A stretch of DNA of 64,000 nt from NCBI GenBank assembly GCA_013265495.1, contig MU058000.1, positions 1,054,001 to 1,118,000 of the forward strand, in the 5' to 3' direction. Shown here one piece after another: positions 37,560-50,680 of this stretch (the first letter of the stretch is position 1; every line of letters starts with the position of its first letter). The position numbers and the translations under genes were made by a program. The notes beneath the pieces were generated by a model that had not been told where the DNA came from, did not search any database, and saw only the letters and a list, made by a program, of their open reading frames with translations. The stretch is from Vicugna vicugna. Its lineage: Eukaryota.

Positions 37560-38082
37560 TTTGTTTCAGCAGGGAAGTTATAGAGACCAAGTCAAACTGA
37601 CTTAAGCAAAGAGTAAACTTGGCTTATTTACCTTTAAAGTTCATGGGTAGATTTTTGTCAATCAGAGCTGGATCGAAGGGCTTAAATGTTGCCTTTAGAT
37701 TTGTTTCTCTCCTTCTCTGTCGTTTATTTATGCTTTGTCCTACGTGGGATCCACTCTTAAGCATTCTTTTTCTAGAAGGTGGCTCCTGGAAACTCCATGT
37801 TTAAGTTCTGACAGCTCTCAATCCAATTGAAAGAGCTTCTTTTTTTCCCAAAGAGTTCTCCAAAAATTTCGTTGGACTAACTTGTGTCTTAAGTCCATTC
37901 TTGAACAAGTGATGATAGAGCTTCATTACTCTGGTTAGAAGGCTTGGAACATATATTTATGTCAGGATCTAGGGTGGAGTTATACCATTTAAACCATACA
38001 GACTAAAAGTAGTGGGGAAATGTTCCCCAAAGGAAAATGTGGATTTTTTTTTTCTAAAAGAGGGAATAGATCTTGGGGAAGA
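37560..38082 (-). mobile_element. MLT1K-like MaLR LTR
   Basis: tcaaactgacttaagcaaa and aaaccatacagactaaaagtagtggggaaatgttccccaaaggaaaa motifs. Confidence 0.7.
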
Positions 38083-38084
38083 AA

Positions 38085-38335
38085 TAATAATAATAGCTGA
38101 TGATTATATAGTGCTTACTTGATGGCAGGCACTAAATGACCTGACTGCCTTAGGTATACTAAATTATTTAATCATGAAAGCAGCCAGCTTTACAGATGAG
38201 CAAATTGAAGGGCAGAGAAGTTAAGTAACTTGCCCAAGGTCATCCAGCTAGTAAAGGGCAGAGTCAGGGTTCAGGTGCAGGCAGTCTGGCACTGGGGTTC
38301 ATGCTCTCTAAATCACGAGGGAACACTGCCTCTCG
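38085..38335 (-). mobile_element. MIR SINE, near full length
   Basis: tttacagatgagcaaattgaagggcagagaagttaagtaacttgcccaaggtcatccagctagtaa. Confidence 0.9.
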
Positions 38336-40959
38336 GATTTAAGAAAACATTTACTTCCACTCAGGCTCTGGAATTACAGCTATTAATTTTTGCCTCTTTT
38401 GCTTATAAGCCATTAGACACGTGTAAGACATTGATTTTATTCCTCATCTACAAAATAGTGGTGGTAATATTACCTGGAAGATTAAATATATTGCTCGCAC
38501 ACAGTAGGCACTTGACAATTGGTAACTAAAAAGACAATCACACTGACATGCCCTGGGGCATGAAAAAAAATCTCTAACCCTCTGAATTTCTAAAACACAT
38601 TCATCATGAAACGTAAAAGAGTATTTTCTTCTCTGCTCACCAAGAAACTGGTTAATAAGTAGATCTTAGTACTTATTCTCTTCTGCCTGATTTACATTTT
38701 AGAGATTGCCTCATCGCTGATTTTACATTAAATGCAGAGGTGTGACTAAATAATTCTGTCTTGCAGCATAAATTAAGAAAACGAATGTACTTGGAAGCAC
38801 ACTCCCCCCAGTCTTTTTCTCTTCCTCCTCCTTATCAACATAAAATACCATTTACTGAGCACCTACACACGGTGTGTGGTGCATCATTCTGTTCTCTCTC
38901 ATTTTCCTGGCTTTTCCTAAAATGCCTTTGATTACAGAAAGGAAATAAATCATTGAAAAGTATGACATTTCTTTTCAGTAAATAAGTAGGGGTTTATATA
39001 ACTCGAGAAAAGAGATAGTATCAATATATATTTTAGTGACATTTTATCACAAACATTGGTGACAAGGAGTTTCCCAAACAGGAACCATATGTTCAAAATA
39101 GTGAGACAAATCTGTTAAATTTTGGAAGAAAAAGGCAACTATTGTTTGTTTTTCTGTTTCTTGGGCTACCTATCAAAATATGGGTTTTTTTTTTTTCTTT
39201 CGTCAGTATCATCTTGCTTTTCTCCTAAAAGAGAATTTCACCAACTCCTTTAAGGAGTAAAAATGACACTAAAAAATATTATGGCATATTTCAGAGTCTG
39301 TTTGTGTGAACAGGTAAGTAATATAGTTTCTGATAAAATACTGGGAAACCAGAAGATGGAACTCACTTCTTCTTTGATTAGAAGGTTGTTTGGGAAATAA
39401 TATTTAGCTGAGAACGTGGAGGACACTGAGGGGAGGTTGGCCTTTTCACATGAAATGTCAGGAATAACCCAGAACGTATTGCTTAATTTTTCTGATTATG
39501 TCGTCAAAACTAAAAATCACTTTGCCTGGCATCTGGTAATCCATGAAACTTGCTAAAGTAGACTTTCCATTTGAGTTTCTTTGCCCCTCATATTCTCTGA
39601 AGTGTTGTACAGAAAGAAGCAGTATCAGTGTTTGAGGCAGATTTTGGCTCCAGTGCTGGATCCCAGTATGTGTGTGACATTGGGAAAGTTATCTAGGAGG
39701 CAAGTCAGTTCTTCAGATGATCTGTCAAACAAATAACCAGTTTTTGCCAAATTTACGTAAATGTTTGTAAGGTTTACAAGAATATGAATTACACTAAAGT
39801 TGATAGGCTGAGAAAATGGGCAAAGAATTTTTAAAATAAATTTCTTAAAAGAAATGCTATTTTCCAACCAACATTGGAAACTTTTTTCGTGCATTTTAGA
39901 TTGGTTTCTGCTCCTTCTTTTGGATTTGAATTTGGATGCTTTTGAGTGTTGTTTTGTACTTTTTTAAACTTTAAGCATTTTTAATATCCTGTTGCCAACA
40001 TATGAACTTTCCGTTTGTATCTGTAGCCATTTAAAATTTAAATTTAAATTCAAAAGCATGTGAAATAGTCACAATTTTATATTAAATTGAATTTTAATTT
40101 TAAATTGAATTTCAGCTTAAAATGGAATTTAATCTTTATTTTAGATTGAGTCCAATTTTCAGTTATTTAAAGTAGGTGTAATTACATTAAGTATTTAAAT
40201 TAAATTGAGAATTTAAACTTAAATCCAAAAGCATCTTGAAGAAATAAAATAACCTAAAGAAATCTCATCGCCTAGGAAATGCGGAAACTCTGTTTGCTGA
40301 TAAGAAATAATTGGGATAGTCCAATTGAAATACCAGACATAAAAGGATTAAAAAGTTCAAATAGTGTAAAGGAAGTGGGACTGTTCAGAATATTTTGGTC
40401 ATGATATGGTTAGTACCTCTAATACCTTGACCATGACTCAGAAAATGTGAGAGAAGAATTTTAGAAATAGACTTAAAAATGCTAAAATTGCTAAAATCTG
40501 ATAAAACAGAAATAATGTTAACATGAAGTTTAGAAATCGGTAGAAACAGAGATTTCCATAATAAATGCTGACATTTCTGTTTTGCTAGAAAAATCTTATT
40601 AGCAGAAGTCAAAATTCAGCCTTCCTTGTAAGCTTTTAAAATATTCCTGCTTGATTTTCAGTTTCCTCATCTATTCAAACCGTAAAAATCAATTTTATTA
40701 GACTGGCGAATTTGATAGATAGAACAAATTAGATTTTAGGGAGCTGAATTTTACTGAATTAATTTGAAGGACGTTAACCTACTGCCAGTTGCTAACTTCT
40801 CTAAGCCTCAGTTTCCACATTTGTAAAATGAGAGCGACAAGAATGTTGCCTCCTTCCTCTTTTGTTCTCTCATCTGTATTTTTCTGTTACTATTTATGTG
40901 CTTGGAAATTCAAGTGTCTTATTTCGTCTCTCTATATATTCCCAGGGCCTGATGCGTAT

Positions 40960-41190
40960 GTAATAATAATATTAATAATAGCTCATTTCAAGCCAGACAT
41001 TGTGAAAATGTTTTACATAATTATTTCATTTAGTTCTGACAAAAAGCCAGTGTGAAAAGTACTGTTATCTCCTCACAATGATGAGGAAACAAATGCTCAA
41101 AGAAGTGACTTGTGTCATGAAAAAGAGTCACAGGTAGCAAATAATAGAGCTGAACTTCAAACACGAGTGGTATCACTCCATGTTTGCGGT
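40960..41190 (-). mobile_element. MIR fragment
   Basis: gatgaggaaacaaatgctcaaagaagtgacttg. Confidence 0.65.
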
Positions 41191-41687
41191 ACTGAATTCC
41201 TAAGGGTACCAAGAGGCCGACTCCCCCCCCCCCACTCTTTTTTTGGTATATGGTACAGTGCTGTGCTATTACGTTTTCTGGTTCATTTTTTTTCTCTTAG
41301 AACTAAATAAATGTTCAAATACAAGGCCTTCCATTGAGGCTAATATGGCATGTATTGCAGATCCTTCTTTCAGCGCATATGTGGACTGTGTTCTGAGGAT
41401 GAGAGGGAGAAGGAAGGTGGGATGGGCCATACGACCAAATGGTTAATTAAAAGGGAGAAGGGAATGAAAAAACACCTACATGGGACTACAGACTATAAAC
41501 TACTACTGCTGCAAACTACCCACATATGCTTATGCTTTGACCCACAGTGAGATTATTCTGAATTCAAGAGAATTTCTGGGTCATTTGTCCTCATTACTTC
41601 TCACTAGCTTCTGTGGAATGACATAAAGTAGAGTTGTTGAAGATGTATAAGGCGCTAGAAACACAGACGCCCCCCCCCTTGTTTGTT

Positions 41688-41779
41688 CTTTTTAAAAAAG
41701 TCTTGACATATTTTATTGTTTTACATTTATATATGTATTTTTATTGAAGTATAGACAGTTTACAATGTTGTGTCAATTT
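41688..41779 (-). mobile_element. Extremely 5'-truncated L1 3' terminus
   Basis: tttttattgaagtatagacagtttacaatgttgtgtcaattt is the reverse complement of the 3'UTR end seen at ~2117-2155. Possible flanks ttgtttgt at 41679-41686 and 41778-41785. Confidence 0.75.
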
Positions 41780-41937
41780 GTTTGTGGGACGTTTTTGATG
41801 CCTTTGCCATCTGCAGCTTACTGCTGTGAATGTGGTGACTTACACTCTGAAAATTAACAGAGAACATCTGTGATCCGTTTCTAGGCTGAAAGCCTCACCT
41901 GAGGTAAGATGTTAGCTGGTCCATTGAAAAGGCCTTG

Positions 41938-42350
41938 TTTATTCATCCATCTCAAACATTTAATGTGCTCTTACTATGTTTCAGACTGCTGGCATTAGAG
42001 CTGCAGAGATGAAAACGATATTGTTCCTGCCTTGTGGAGTTAATAATCTAAAGGAAAGACAGGAAATTATGATGGGTACAATATAAGAGATAGAAGGAAA
42101 AGATAATTTCCAAATTACTGAGAACTTAATTTGTGCTAGATGTTGTCCCAGTATTTTGTCTATTATGTAATTTTATTCTTACAGAATCCTGTAAGGTAGT
42201 TACTCTCACTGTGCTGAATTAAGATGAGAAAACCAAGACCCAGAGATTTTAAATAACGTGTCAAGTTCAGAAAGTTAGCAAAGAGATGAACCTATAACTG
42301 AATCCAGATAACTTAGTACCAAAGTCAGGATACATGAAACACTATGCAAT
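41938..42350 (-). mobile_element. L2 3' fragment followed by MIR
   Basis: attcatccatctcaaacatttaatgtgctcttactatg and agatgagaaaaccaagacccagaga. Confidence 0.7.
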
Positions 42351-42504
42351 ATTACCTACTGTAAGGAGTACAAATGGGGGCTCCAATAGAAATGTAAACA
42401 TGTTCTCATTGTATTCAAGTTATAGTACAGGCTGGAGACTTAAATTTCTGCCTCTGGGAAAAGAAATACAAAGTTAAATAAGCATATTTCAATTGAAACG
42501 ATAA

Positions 42505-42651
42505 CACACAGTGCTTAAGAGCTGGATTACTGGGTTGAATCTGGTCTCATATACTTACTGTTAGCTGTGCAACCTAGGACAAGGTATTTAACCCCACTGA
42601 GGCTTAGCTTCCTCATCTGTACAATGGGATAATGTTAGTGTATAACTCATA
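42505..42651 (+). mobile_element. MIR fragment
   Basis: agctgtgcaacctaggacaagg...cttagcttcctcatctgtacaatgggataat. Confidence 0.85.
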
Positions 42652-42810
42652 GTCGATCTAAGAAATGGAAAATTTTATTCATGCCAACCTGAGGATTATA
42701 ACTTGGGAGACAGTCTTTCAGAAAGCTCTGAGGACTGTTCCTCCCATTAGAGGCCAAAGCACAGTTTATATGTTTTTGAGACAAAGGGTTATACAACAAA
42801 TGACTTTTCT
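42652..42810 (-). mobile_element. ERV1-type LTR fragment (U5/R end) abutting the MIR
   Basis: aaaattttattcatgccaacctgaggattataacttgggagacagtctttcagaaagctctgaggactgttcc resembles laurasiatherian ERV1 LTR 3' ends. Far boundary unclear. Confidence 0.6.
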
Positions 42811-45774
42811 TGCTCTAGTCTCATGAGGCCACTGTAGTATTTCAGAACTAGCACTTGTGAATTTGTTCTCAACCATCGTTGCTGTGGACCTAGGGAAAAT
42901 CAAGACAGCTGCCTAGTGGTCTGGAAGCTCACAGGTCATAAATCTGATAAGCTAAGATGGTAGCCTGTGTAATTTGATGGGGCAGGTATGGGAAGGTTTT
43001 TTTTTTTTTCAAATTCGGAGTGTAAAACATTGTGTAAATCTCATGCTTATTATGAAGAGCAGGTTGGTCCAATTAACTGACCCCCAAATAGATTCTATCT
43101 TAGATACGCTGTAAAAGTAGGGTGGTTGGTTAGTATTCATGGAAAAGTAACTGATTTCCTAGTGGAAAGTGAGGATTTAAAAATTGCTTTTTGGTTTTTT
43201 TTTTCTTTCTTTTTTGTCTGTGGATCTTCTGCCTTCTCAAAATGTGGCCTGCCTTTAGAGGCAGACACAGCTGGGTCAGTCATCAGTATGGATGTCTTTC
43301 TGTTTCTTTTTTTTCTGAAAACTCTCCTTTGATCTCTTTCTCACTTCTCTTATTTGAAAAAAAAATCAAATCTTGTAAGGAACCTCCTTTGCCACATACA
43401 TACTAGTTTCATTTATTCTGTTAAATATGCTATAACTATACCTTCGTTTTTCTAAGTCATCCTTCTGGATATGTATTTACCAAAAGTAAAACACAGTAAA
43501 ACACTGTGATTAGTGGTTGGTAATTGATGTTGGTTCTCTGCCCAGAACCTGATTAAAGTTCTTATTGTCTAAGGGAGGTGAGGAGAGGAAACTGTGTAGA
43601 AAGAGGGGGGAGGGTTCAGGTGAAGAAATAGGAGGGACATTTTTTTCTTGGAAATTATGAAGGCTGGGTCCTCATATTTCCAGTGTTCCCCCATCTGTAC
43701 CTGGATTTGGGTCAAAAAGGCACAAGGCGATGCCTGTAATTATTGTTGCCGTCCTGGAAATCTCAGCCAGTCAGAGGAGCCAGAGTCAATATTTAAAGCA
43801 GAGCAGATAACTATGAGGTATATCCAAGCCACAGTCATGGGACTACATGCATTTGGATTACACACGCCACAGCTCTCAGCTAGCAAACTGTGTGGGCATT
43901 TTATTAATCTTGCAATAATGTGACCAGGCATTTTTTTTAAAGTGAACAGTTGGACTCACACCACTCTTAAGAAGGATTTTATGCTACTTCACTCCTGCTA
44001 TATGCCAGGCACTGTCCTACATGCTACAGATACCCACTGGTGAATTAGCCAGTCCTAGACCATTCCTTTTACTGCTCAGTTTAGTGGAAAGAGCAAGTGC
44101 CTCTCTCCCCTTGATTTTTTTCCCTGTATTTCCAATCGAGAAGAACAAAAACATTTACTCATTATCACAATTAATTTTGTCTGAATTTTAGTAATCAGCC
44201 AGGCATAAAACCCTAATATTTGGATGGGGTGATCTAACAGTAATAACAACTATAACAAAATACATATAGAATTTTGGTATTTATAACACATTTTCACCTA
44301 TATGATCACTTTTAACCTCATTGAGCCCCTGAATTCTCATCTGGAAAATAAGGCCTAAAAACATCTATCTTGCATGAATGGATGGAGATAGACACCCAGC
44401 CTAGGGTCATGCCTGCCAATTGTGAAGGCCTGTGTTTTATTAGATATTGAACCTGAAACTTAGAGAGGAAATGTGAATTGTCCACGGTTGGATATAATAA
44501 AGTCAAAGGAAGAAAGTGGGACTTCAAATACAATCTTTGGACTAAAGCCTATGATTTTCCCATTATATGTCACTTGTTGCTTAAATGACCCATCAATTAA
44601 TCAGGAGCCAGGAGGATCCCCTCAGAACTTCTCCAGACATAGTGTTCCAGGAAAGTTGACCACATTTTACTTTTTTTGGCAGCCTATATAATAATAGTGC
44701 AACCAAATAGGAAAGAAAGTAAGAGGAGAGACAGGGACCATTACTTTTCGAGTAATAATAAAATTCATCCACAAGCTGACCGCCGTGAAATAATCAATTT
44801 CGTTCACATCCTTCTAATCAATATTTTAGAACGTGTTGAATTTTCAGGCTGTTCTTTTCTTGAGCCCTAGTCACAGGGAGCTGTTTTTGCCTTTGTTCTA
44901 TAGAATATCAGAGCAGGAACTGACCTTTGAGGCTGTCTAGTCAGACCCCTTAGTATGCAGATGAAGAAGTCACAGCTAGAAAGATGTCTCTATAGACTAA
45001 GACAAAATCCTAAACGGGGAACACAGTTAGTGACTTTAAATTGTTTTCTACATGTAATTGTTTGCTTACAAAATGAACACTCTGTGGCTTGGCAGTAGGA
45101 TGATAATTGAACATTTGCCTGAGTTTAAACTTAGACAAGATTTTGGTGTGTTACATTATTTAGGCCCAGCAGAGCCTTTGCTGGACCTGATATTTGGTAG
45201 GCTCTCAAAAATTTTTGCTGTGTGAATGAATAAAGCATATATGACTTGTGTATATACTTTGGAAATAGTAAGTACAATTTATTAATCTATGACCATTATC
45301 CTCATATTTAGTCACATCATCATCATCAGTGAAGCTTTATTAAATGCATCCCATATACAATTGTAATAGGAATGGGAAAAAAAGGACATTGTGTAGAAAT
45401 ACCGATCAGTTGAAACTGATTAGTGTAATGTTTAAGGTTGGCATGTGTGTGCGTGCTTGTGTGTGTTCACTGGGGAAGGAGGTAGTGGTGGGTCTTATGA
45501 AAGAGAGAGAGGAGTACAAGACATTAACATTTGTGAGTATGGTTGTGACATGAACTGATAAAGGAAATAGAAATATAGTGATTAATACTGCACAATCTGT
45601 CCCTATTGTTTATCGAAAAAAAGTTGCCCCCATGTAGGAGTCCAGTTAGAGGTGAAGGTGAGGTCATCAAAAAATGTTGATTAGTTTATTTAGTAAAATG
45701 AAAAAAAAAACGAAGTCACTGAAAAATGTGCTGGACTGGTCACCATTTTCTGAATGTCAGCAACATAGAATCAG

Positions 45775-46040
45775 TAGAATAATAGCTAACATGCATTGAA
45801 AACTCACTGTCTTCCATTCGTGAATATGAGTACTTTACCTATATTTAGTGACTTAATTCTCATCTCAGCCCTAAGAGGTGGGTGATAATATCATCCCCAT
45901 TTTACAGATGAGGAAAATGGAGCTTAGAGAGATTAAATGAATTGCTCAAGGTCACTCAGCTCTTGTGTGATGGATCCAGGTTTTGAACTCAGACCGTCTT
46001 GATTCCAGGGTCTGTTCTTAGGCACTTTGTTGTACTACCT
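45775..46040 (-). mobile_element. MIR SINE, near full length
   Basis: atcatccccattttacagatgaggaaaatggagcttagagagattaaatgaattgctcaaggtcac. Confidence 0.92.
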
Positions 46041-47866
46041 ACTAGAAGCTTTGCTGTGGAAGGGAATTTGGGGATCCTGGAGCATAACAAGCCTCACTTT
46101 ACAAGTGAGAAACCCACGGCCTGGAGAAGTTCAATGGTTTGCCCAGGGTCACAATTACTTTGTGACAAAGCCTGAACCGTGACAGTTTGTGCTCTTGTGT
46201 GCAAGGCAGAGTTAATTGGAGACAGTTATGGGGACATTAGCCCGTAGGCACCATGTGCTTTCACTATTGCTGCCATTCACAAACCACTCTTGAAAAGCTG
46301 GAGAAATGGGGTAGCCCACAAAATTTTCAAACTTTCTTTCCTTATCCGAGACACTTAAGTTATTCTGTGAATGAAAAAATCATTCTTGCTTGCTCTGGTT
46401 GAGTGACAGTTTCCTTTGAGGAATGCACAGCATCAGTTCATTGGCTGCTCAGGTTTCTCTGTGTGAGAAAAAATAACCCCAAAGAAAAACTGAGTGGCGG
46501 CTCCACGCCAGGGGAATTAATGAAAGATGCAGGGGCTTGAACAGGCGGTCTTATTTCTCTTTTCTCGCGGACAACACCCTCCACCTCTTGACACTCCCAA
46601 AGACTGTCTGTCCACAGTATTCCCAGGAGAGAGATTCTGCAACCTTCCTCTTCATTGCTGACAAAATAATAAGAAAGGCAACAAGAGCAGATCTGGTTCC
46701 ATTTCATCCTTCCAACTAGAAAACTTCCTCTGGCAAATGTCTTGAGGCTAAACGGGACAGGCACATCCAAGAGAATTTGGCTAACCTGAAATGTCAGATT
46801 TCATGAGGAGTTCAGTAAAGCAACTTATCACAATTGACCCTATCAGAGAAGGACCAACCATCCTCAGTAGACCCGGGGTTGTGAAATGCCACCACATTTG
46901 GCCATAAAATTTATCATGTCAGCAGATCTACAGTCAACACTATGCCCTGTGAAATATGGCAGTGCTGCTGGGACATTTGTCTTTGTTGGGCCAGACAGAT
47001 TCGCCTTGCATTTCCACTTACTCCACATTCATACCCCAGCACCATCTATAATGACAATCTGCTTGGAAACACGACTTGCAGCTCCGATGAGCTAGGACGG
47101 GTAGAATGAAAAGCCTGTACAATGCACGTATTTTGGGGGCATGCTGTTAAAATGCTGAAAAATTTTCCAGTGACTCCTTTTTCTCAGATAATTACTTTAA
47201 GAAAAATAACACATTAAGAGGGAACTGAGGCTCTTGACGAATTAACACACCACTGGAGACACATATGTTTAACTTTTTTTCATTTTCTCATTTCACAGAA
47301 AAGAAGCAGAGGGACAGGCATAGTGAAACAGCGTCTCGTTTCTGAGGCCCTCCTTGGGCAGAACTGTGCGGGTGACAAGGCTGGGTATCAAAGTTGCTGC
47401 CTCCTGACTGTCTGTCCTCGAACTCTGGTGTGCTGCTTCTGTTTCTGGTGTTCTTGGAATCTCTCCCTTATCTACCTTTTCCTAAACTCTGCACAATGCA
47501 CATTTATTGTTCCCACTAGGAGATGGATATGGTTTCATATCTTCTAAATTTTTTATTATAACAAATATAAAATTATTAAATTAGAAGAATTTTGGTGTTT
47601 CAGTTCTTAGTTTCACCTTGGTAATAATAGTGATCAGAGGGTCTATCAGTCTACCCCCGAGTGTAGCAGATTACACGTTAGAAATAGCTTAAGGGAACGC
47701 TCAGACTTGGGTGTTATGAATTTTAGATTTGTGTCTGATCTCTTTGATTTGTGCTGATTGACCTTTGGCAAGTCCAGAAACCTCTGAGAATCTTAGATCT
47801 GTGGAAGCTTTGGGTAAATAAAAGCAATTCTTTTTCACAATTGGTGTGCCGATTAAATAGAAATAC

Positions 47867-47908
47867 ATACACGTGCGTGCGCACACACACAGACACACAC
47901 ACACACAC
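47867..47908. repeat. Interrupted (CA)n microsatellite
   Basis: Seen directly. Confidence 0.9.
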
Positions 47909-47979
47909 TTCCATAAATTGAAGACAAATAAGATGACTTTTCTTTGTTGTAAAGCCAGCAGAAAAAGAAAAACAACAAC

Positions 47980-48180
47980 AACTGGATTTGGAGTCAGAAT
48001 TTGTGTGTTAGGATTCTAGGTTCCCAATTACTTGCTGTGTAATCTCAGGCAAATCCTTTAGTCGCTCTGAGTCTCAATCTTCCATCTATTAAAATAATGG
48101 GAATAACTCTTATAAAGATATAATAAGATAGATGTGATATCCTTTAGGAATTCTAAGGGTAATATGCAAATGTTTATTAA
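47980..48180 (+). mobile_element. MIR fragment
   Basis: tggatttggagtcaga...ttacttgctgtgtaatctcaggcaaatc...ctctgagtctcaat. Confidence 0.8.
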
Positions 48181-49399
48181 TTTACATCTCATCGTGTTAC
48201 AGAAAGCATATTCCTACCATAAGAAACCTTTAATTTGGCTCTGAGCGGTCTAGCAGGCAATCTGCAAAAGGGAATCTGGTCAAATTGGATAATTTGGATT
48301 TTATATAAGATTAAGATCGATGGCACTCCTAGAAAAAGCATTTCTAATTCTAATTCCTAATACTAAGACTAGAAAGAAGTTTGTCCATAGGGTCCTCAAA
48401 GAGAGGACATGATGACCAATGTCCTCAATAAATAATGCCATTGTAATAAACCCAAGGACAAGAGTCATTGGGCTGTAAATACATGTTTATTTTACAGTTT
48501 TTCTGGAGTTGGAATGCCATAAAACAGGCAAAGGATGGATTCAGCTCCAACAGAATAGTTCTTTATTACCTCAAAACAGTTGTGGTAAAATTCTCCCACT
48601 CCTTTAGAATCACTGCAGTCATCGTCACAGGTACTCAAAGATGGTTCAAGTCAGTTGCAGTGATTCCTAATTCTAGCAGATCTCTTCTGGTTTCTGTTCA
48701 ACTCCGTATACTACAGTTTCTACATGGGCAATAGAAATTACCTTTCCTTGCTGATCTATTTGACCTCCTGATTGCTGCTGTCATGACAAAAAGAAAAGTC
48801 CATGTACATGGTGGAAATATGTAGTATCCTCTTTTCCGGGGAGCCTACTTTAAATAATGTACTTATTAAAAATGCAAATTCCTGCCGAATCAGAATATTT
48901 CAGGTAAGCGATCTGCATTTATAGCAAGCACCAGGAGTAATTTTTATGAGAATTAAAGCTTGCGTCCCTGCCTGGAGATGGGATAAAATAACTGTGTCTC
49001 ACCATCAGGCCCCAGACAAGCTCCACATGAATAAATGAAAGACACTCTATGTCTGTGTACATAAGGCTGTGTCTGCAAAACATTAGAAATGGGGTTGAAG
49101 TTACCTAGAATTTAATCAGACTCTCTACACACAGCGCTTTTGACCACAAGAAGCAAGTTAACTACCTGGGGATAGTACATTCCACAATTTTTAGATGACT
49201 TGCTCTTGGGCCAGGAGGTTCAGCTAATGGCCTCGTTACCCACAGAACAGCTTCATTCTAGACACAGCCCAGATATCCCCTCTGAATTCTTGGTCTAAAT
49301 TTATAAACCAAATAAACTCCATGTTTTGCCAGTAACTCCAACTCAGCATTCACCAGACTGACATGTACTTTCAGCTGCTTCTTTTTCCGTATTCTGCCG

Positions 49400-50680
49400 T
49401 CATAAATAGAATGTCCATCTTTCCATGCATCCATGCAAGAACCCTCAGAGCCAAACTGGCTTTTCTTTCTCCCCCATTTTCACACCTAGTCAGTGAACAG
49501 ATTTTGTTAATTCTTCATAAACCGATGCGATGTTACTGCAGTTTTCTAGTCCTTCCGTATTCTTAGCCTATCATCATCTTGTAATTGGCCATTTGCATGA
49601 ATCTCCTAATGTGTGTTAGAACATCAGATTCAAATTCAGCGAACATCCCTGAAGCATCTACTGTAACTCATCACTGGGCTGGATATTTCCATATATTCAT
49701 CTCACTTCAGACTCTTAAAATTCTGTTATCATTGTTTCTGCTTGCAGTTGGAGAATTTCTTAAGTAAGATTACACACTTGCTGCATGGCAAAGCCAGGAT
49801 TTCAGCCCGGTCTCTTAGCTCCTGATCGAGCTGTCTCAAGTTTCCTACCTTGAATCTCTTCTTTACCCTTCTGCTGTGGTTGTCTTCCTCTGACACAGGT
49901 TGAGTCACAGTACTCTTTGCTCAAAAACTAAAATAGTTCCCACCTGTCTATAGCAGTGTTCTTAAATTTTTTGATTATGTACACTTATCAATAAAAAAAT
50001 TTGTGCATCCAATATATTAGATGTATCTATTTATTTATAAAATACTTGCATTCACTAAGTATGCTAGTATATAGTATACACATGTACAGAAATATGAATT
50101 TGAAGGGAAAGAGAATAAAATACAAATAGAAGGTACAGTATATTTTTTCATGCCCCTGTGAATCGTTTTTAACTTCCTCAGAGAATTTCGCTGTACTTTG
50201 GACACCACTGAATTCAAGTTTAAGGGCTTTTGTGATCTGACCCAACCCCACTTTTTGAGTTTACCTTTAGAAATTTCCTTTCTACCTAAGCCTCACTGCT
50301 TTACTCACCGATTCTTGTAAATACAATGCATTTTCATGTCTTTTTTTCTCTGCTCCAATTGTTCCATCAGCCAGAAGTGAGCATTATCCTTTCTTTGCCA
50401 GCAGAAAACTATTCTGTTAGACTAAGCAAAAAATTCTGTCTTCTCCATCAAGAGACCCTGGTCAAAACCACTCACTCCTTGAGCACATGGCTTGTATCTC
50501 CATCATGACATTTATTTTATTCTGCCTTTTTTTAGAGCTGTGTACTTCTCTTTCTTCTTCAATATAGTAAACTCTTTGAGTGTAGTACTTGTGTCACATT
50601 CATTTCTGCATTTCCCATAAGGTATACTGTATTTAATTAAATAGTACATTTTAAAAATAAACATTTGTTAACTGAATAAA
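49400..50680 (+). mobile_element. Fragmented L2 with nested MIR (~49640-49830) and hAT MITE
   Basis: L2 motifs resume on both sides of the inserts (tagttcccacctgtctatag | aattcaagtttaagggct). L2 end acatttgttaactgaat. Confidence 0.6.
49954..50210. mobile_element. hAT-Charlie MITE (MER112-like, subfamily uncertain)
   Basis: TIR-like ends cagtgttcttaaa ... ctttggacaccactg around an AT-rich body. Confidence 0.6.
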
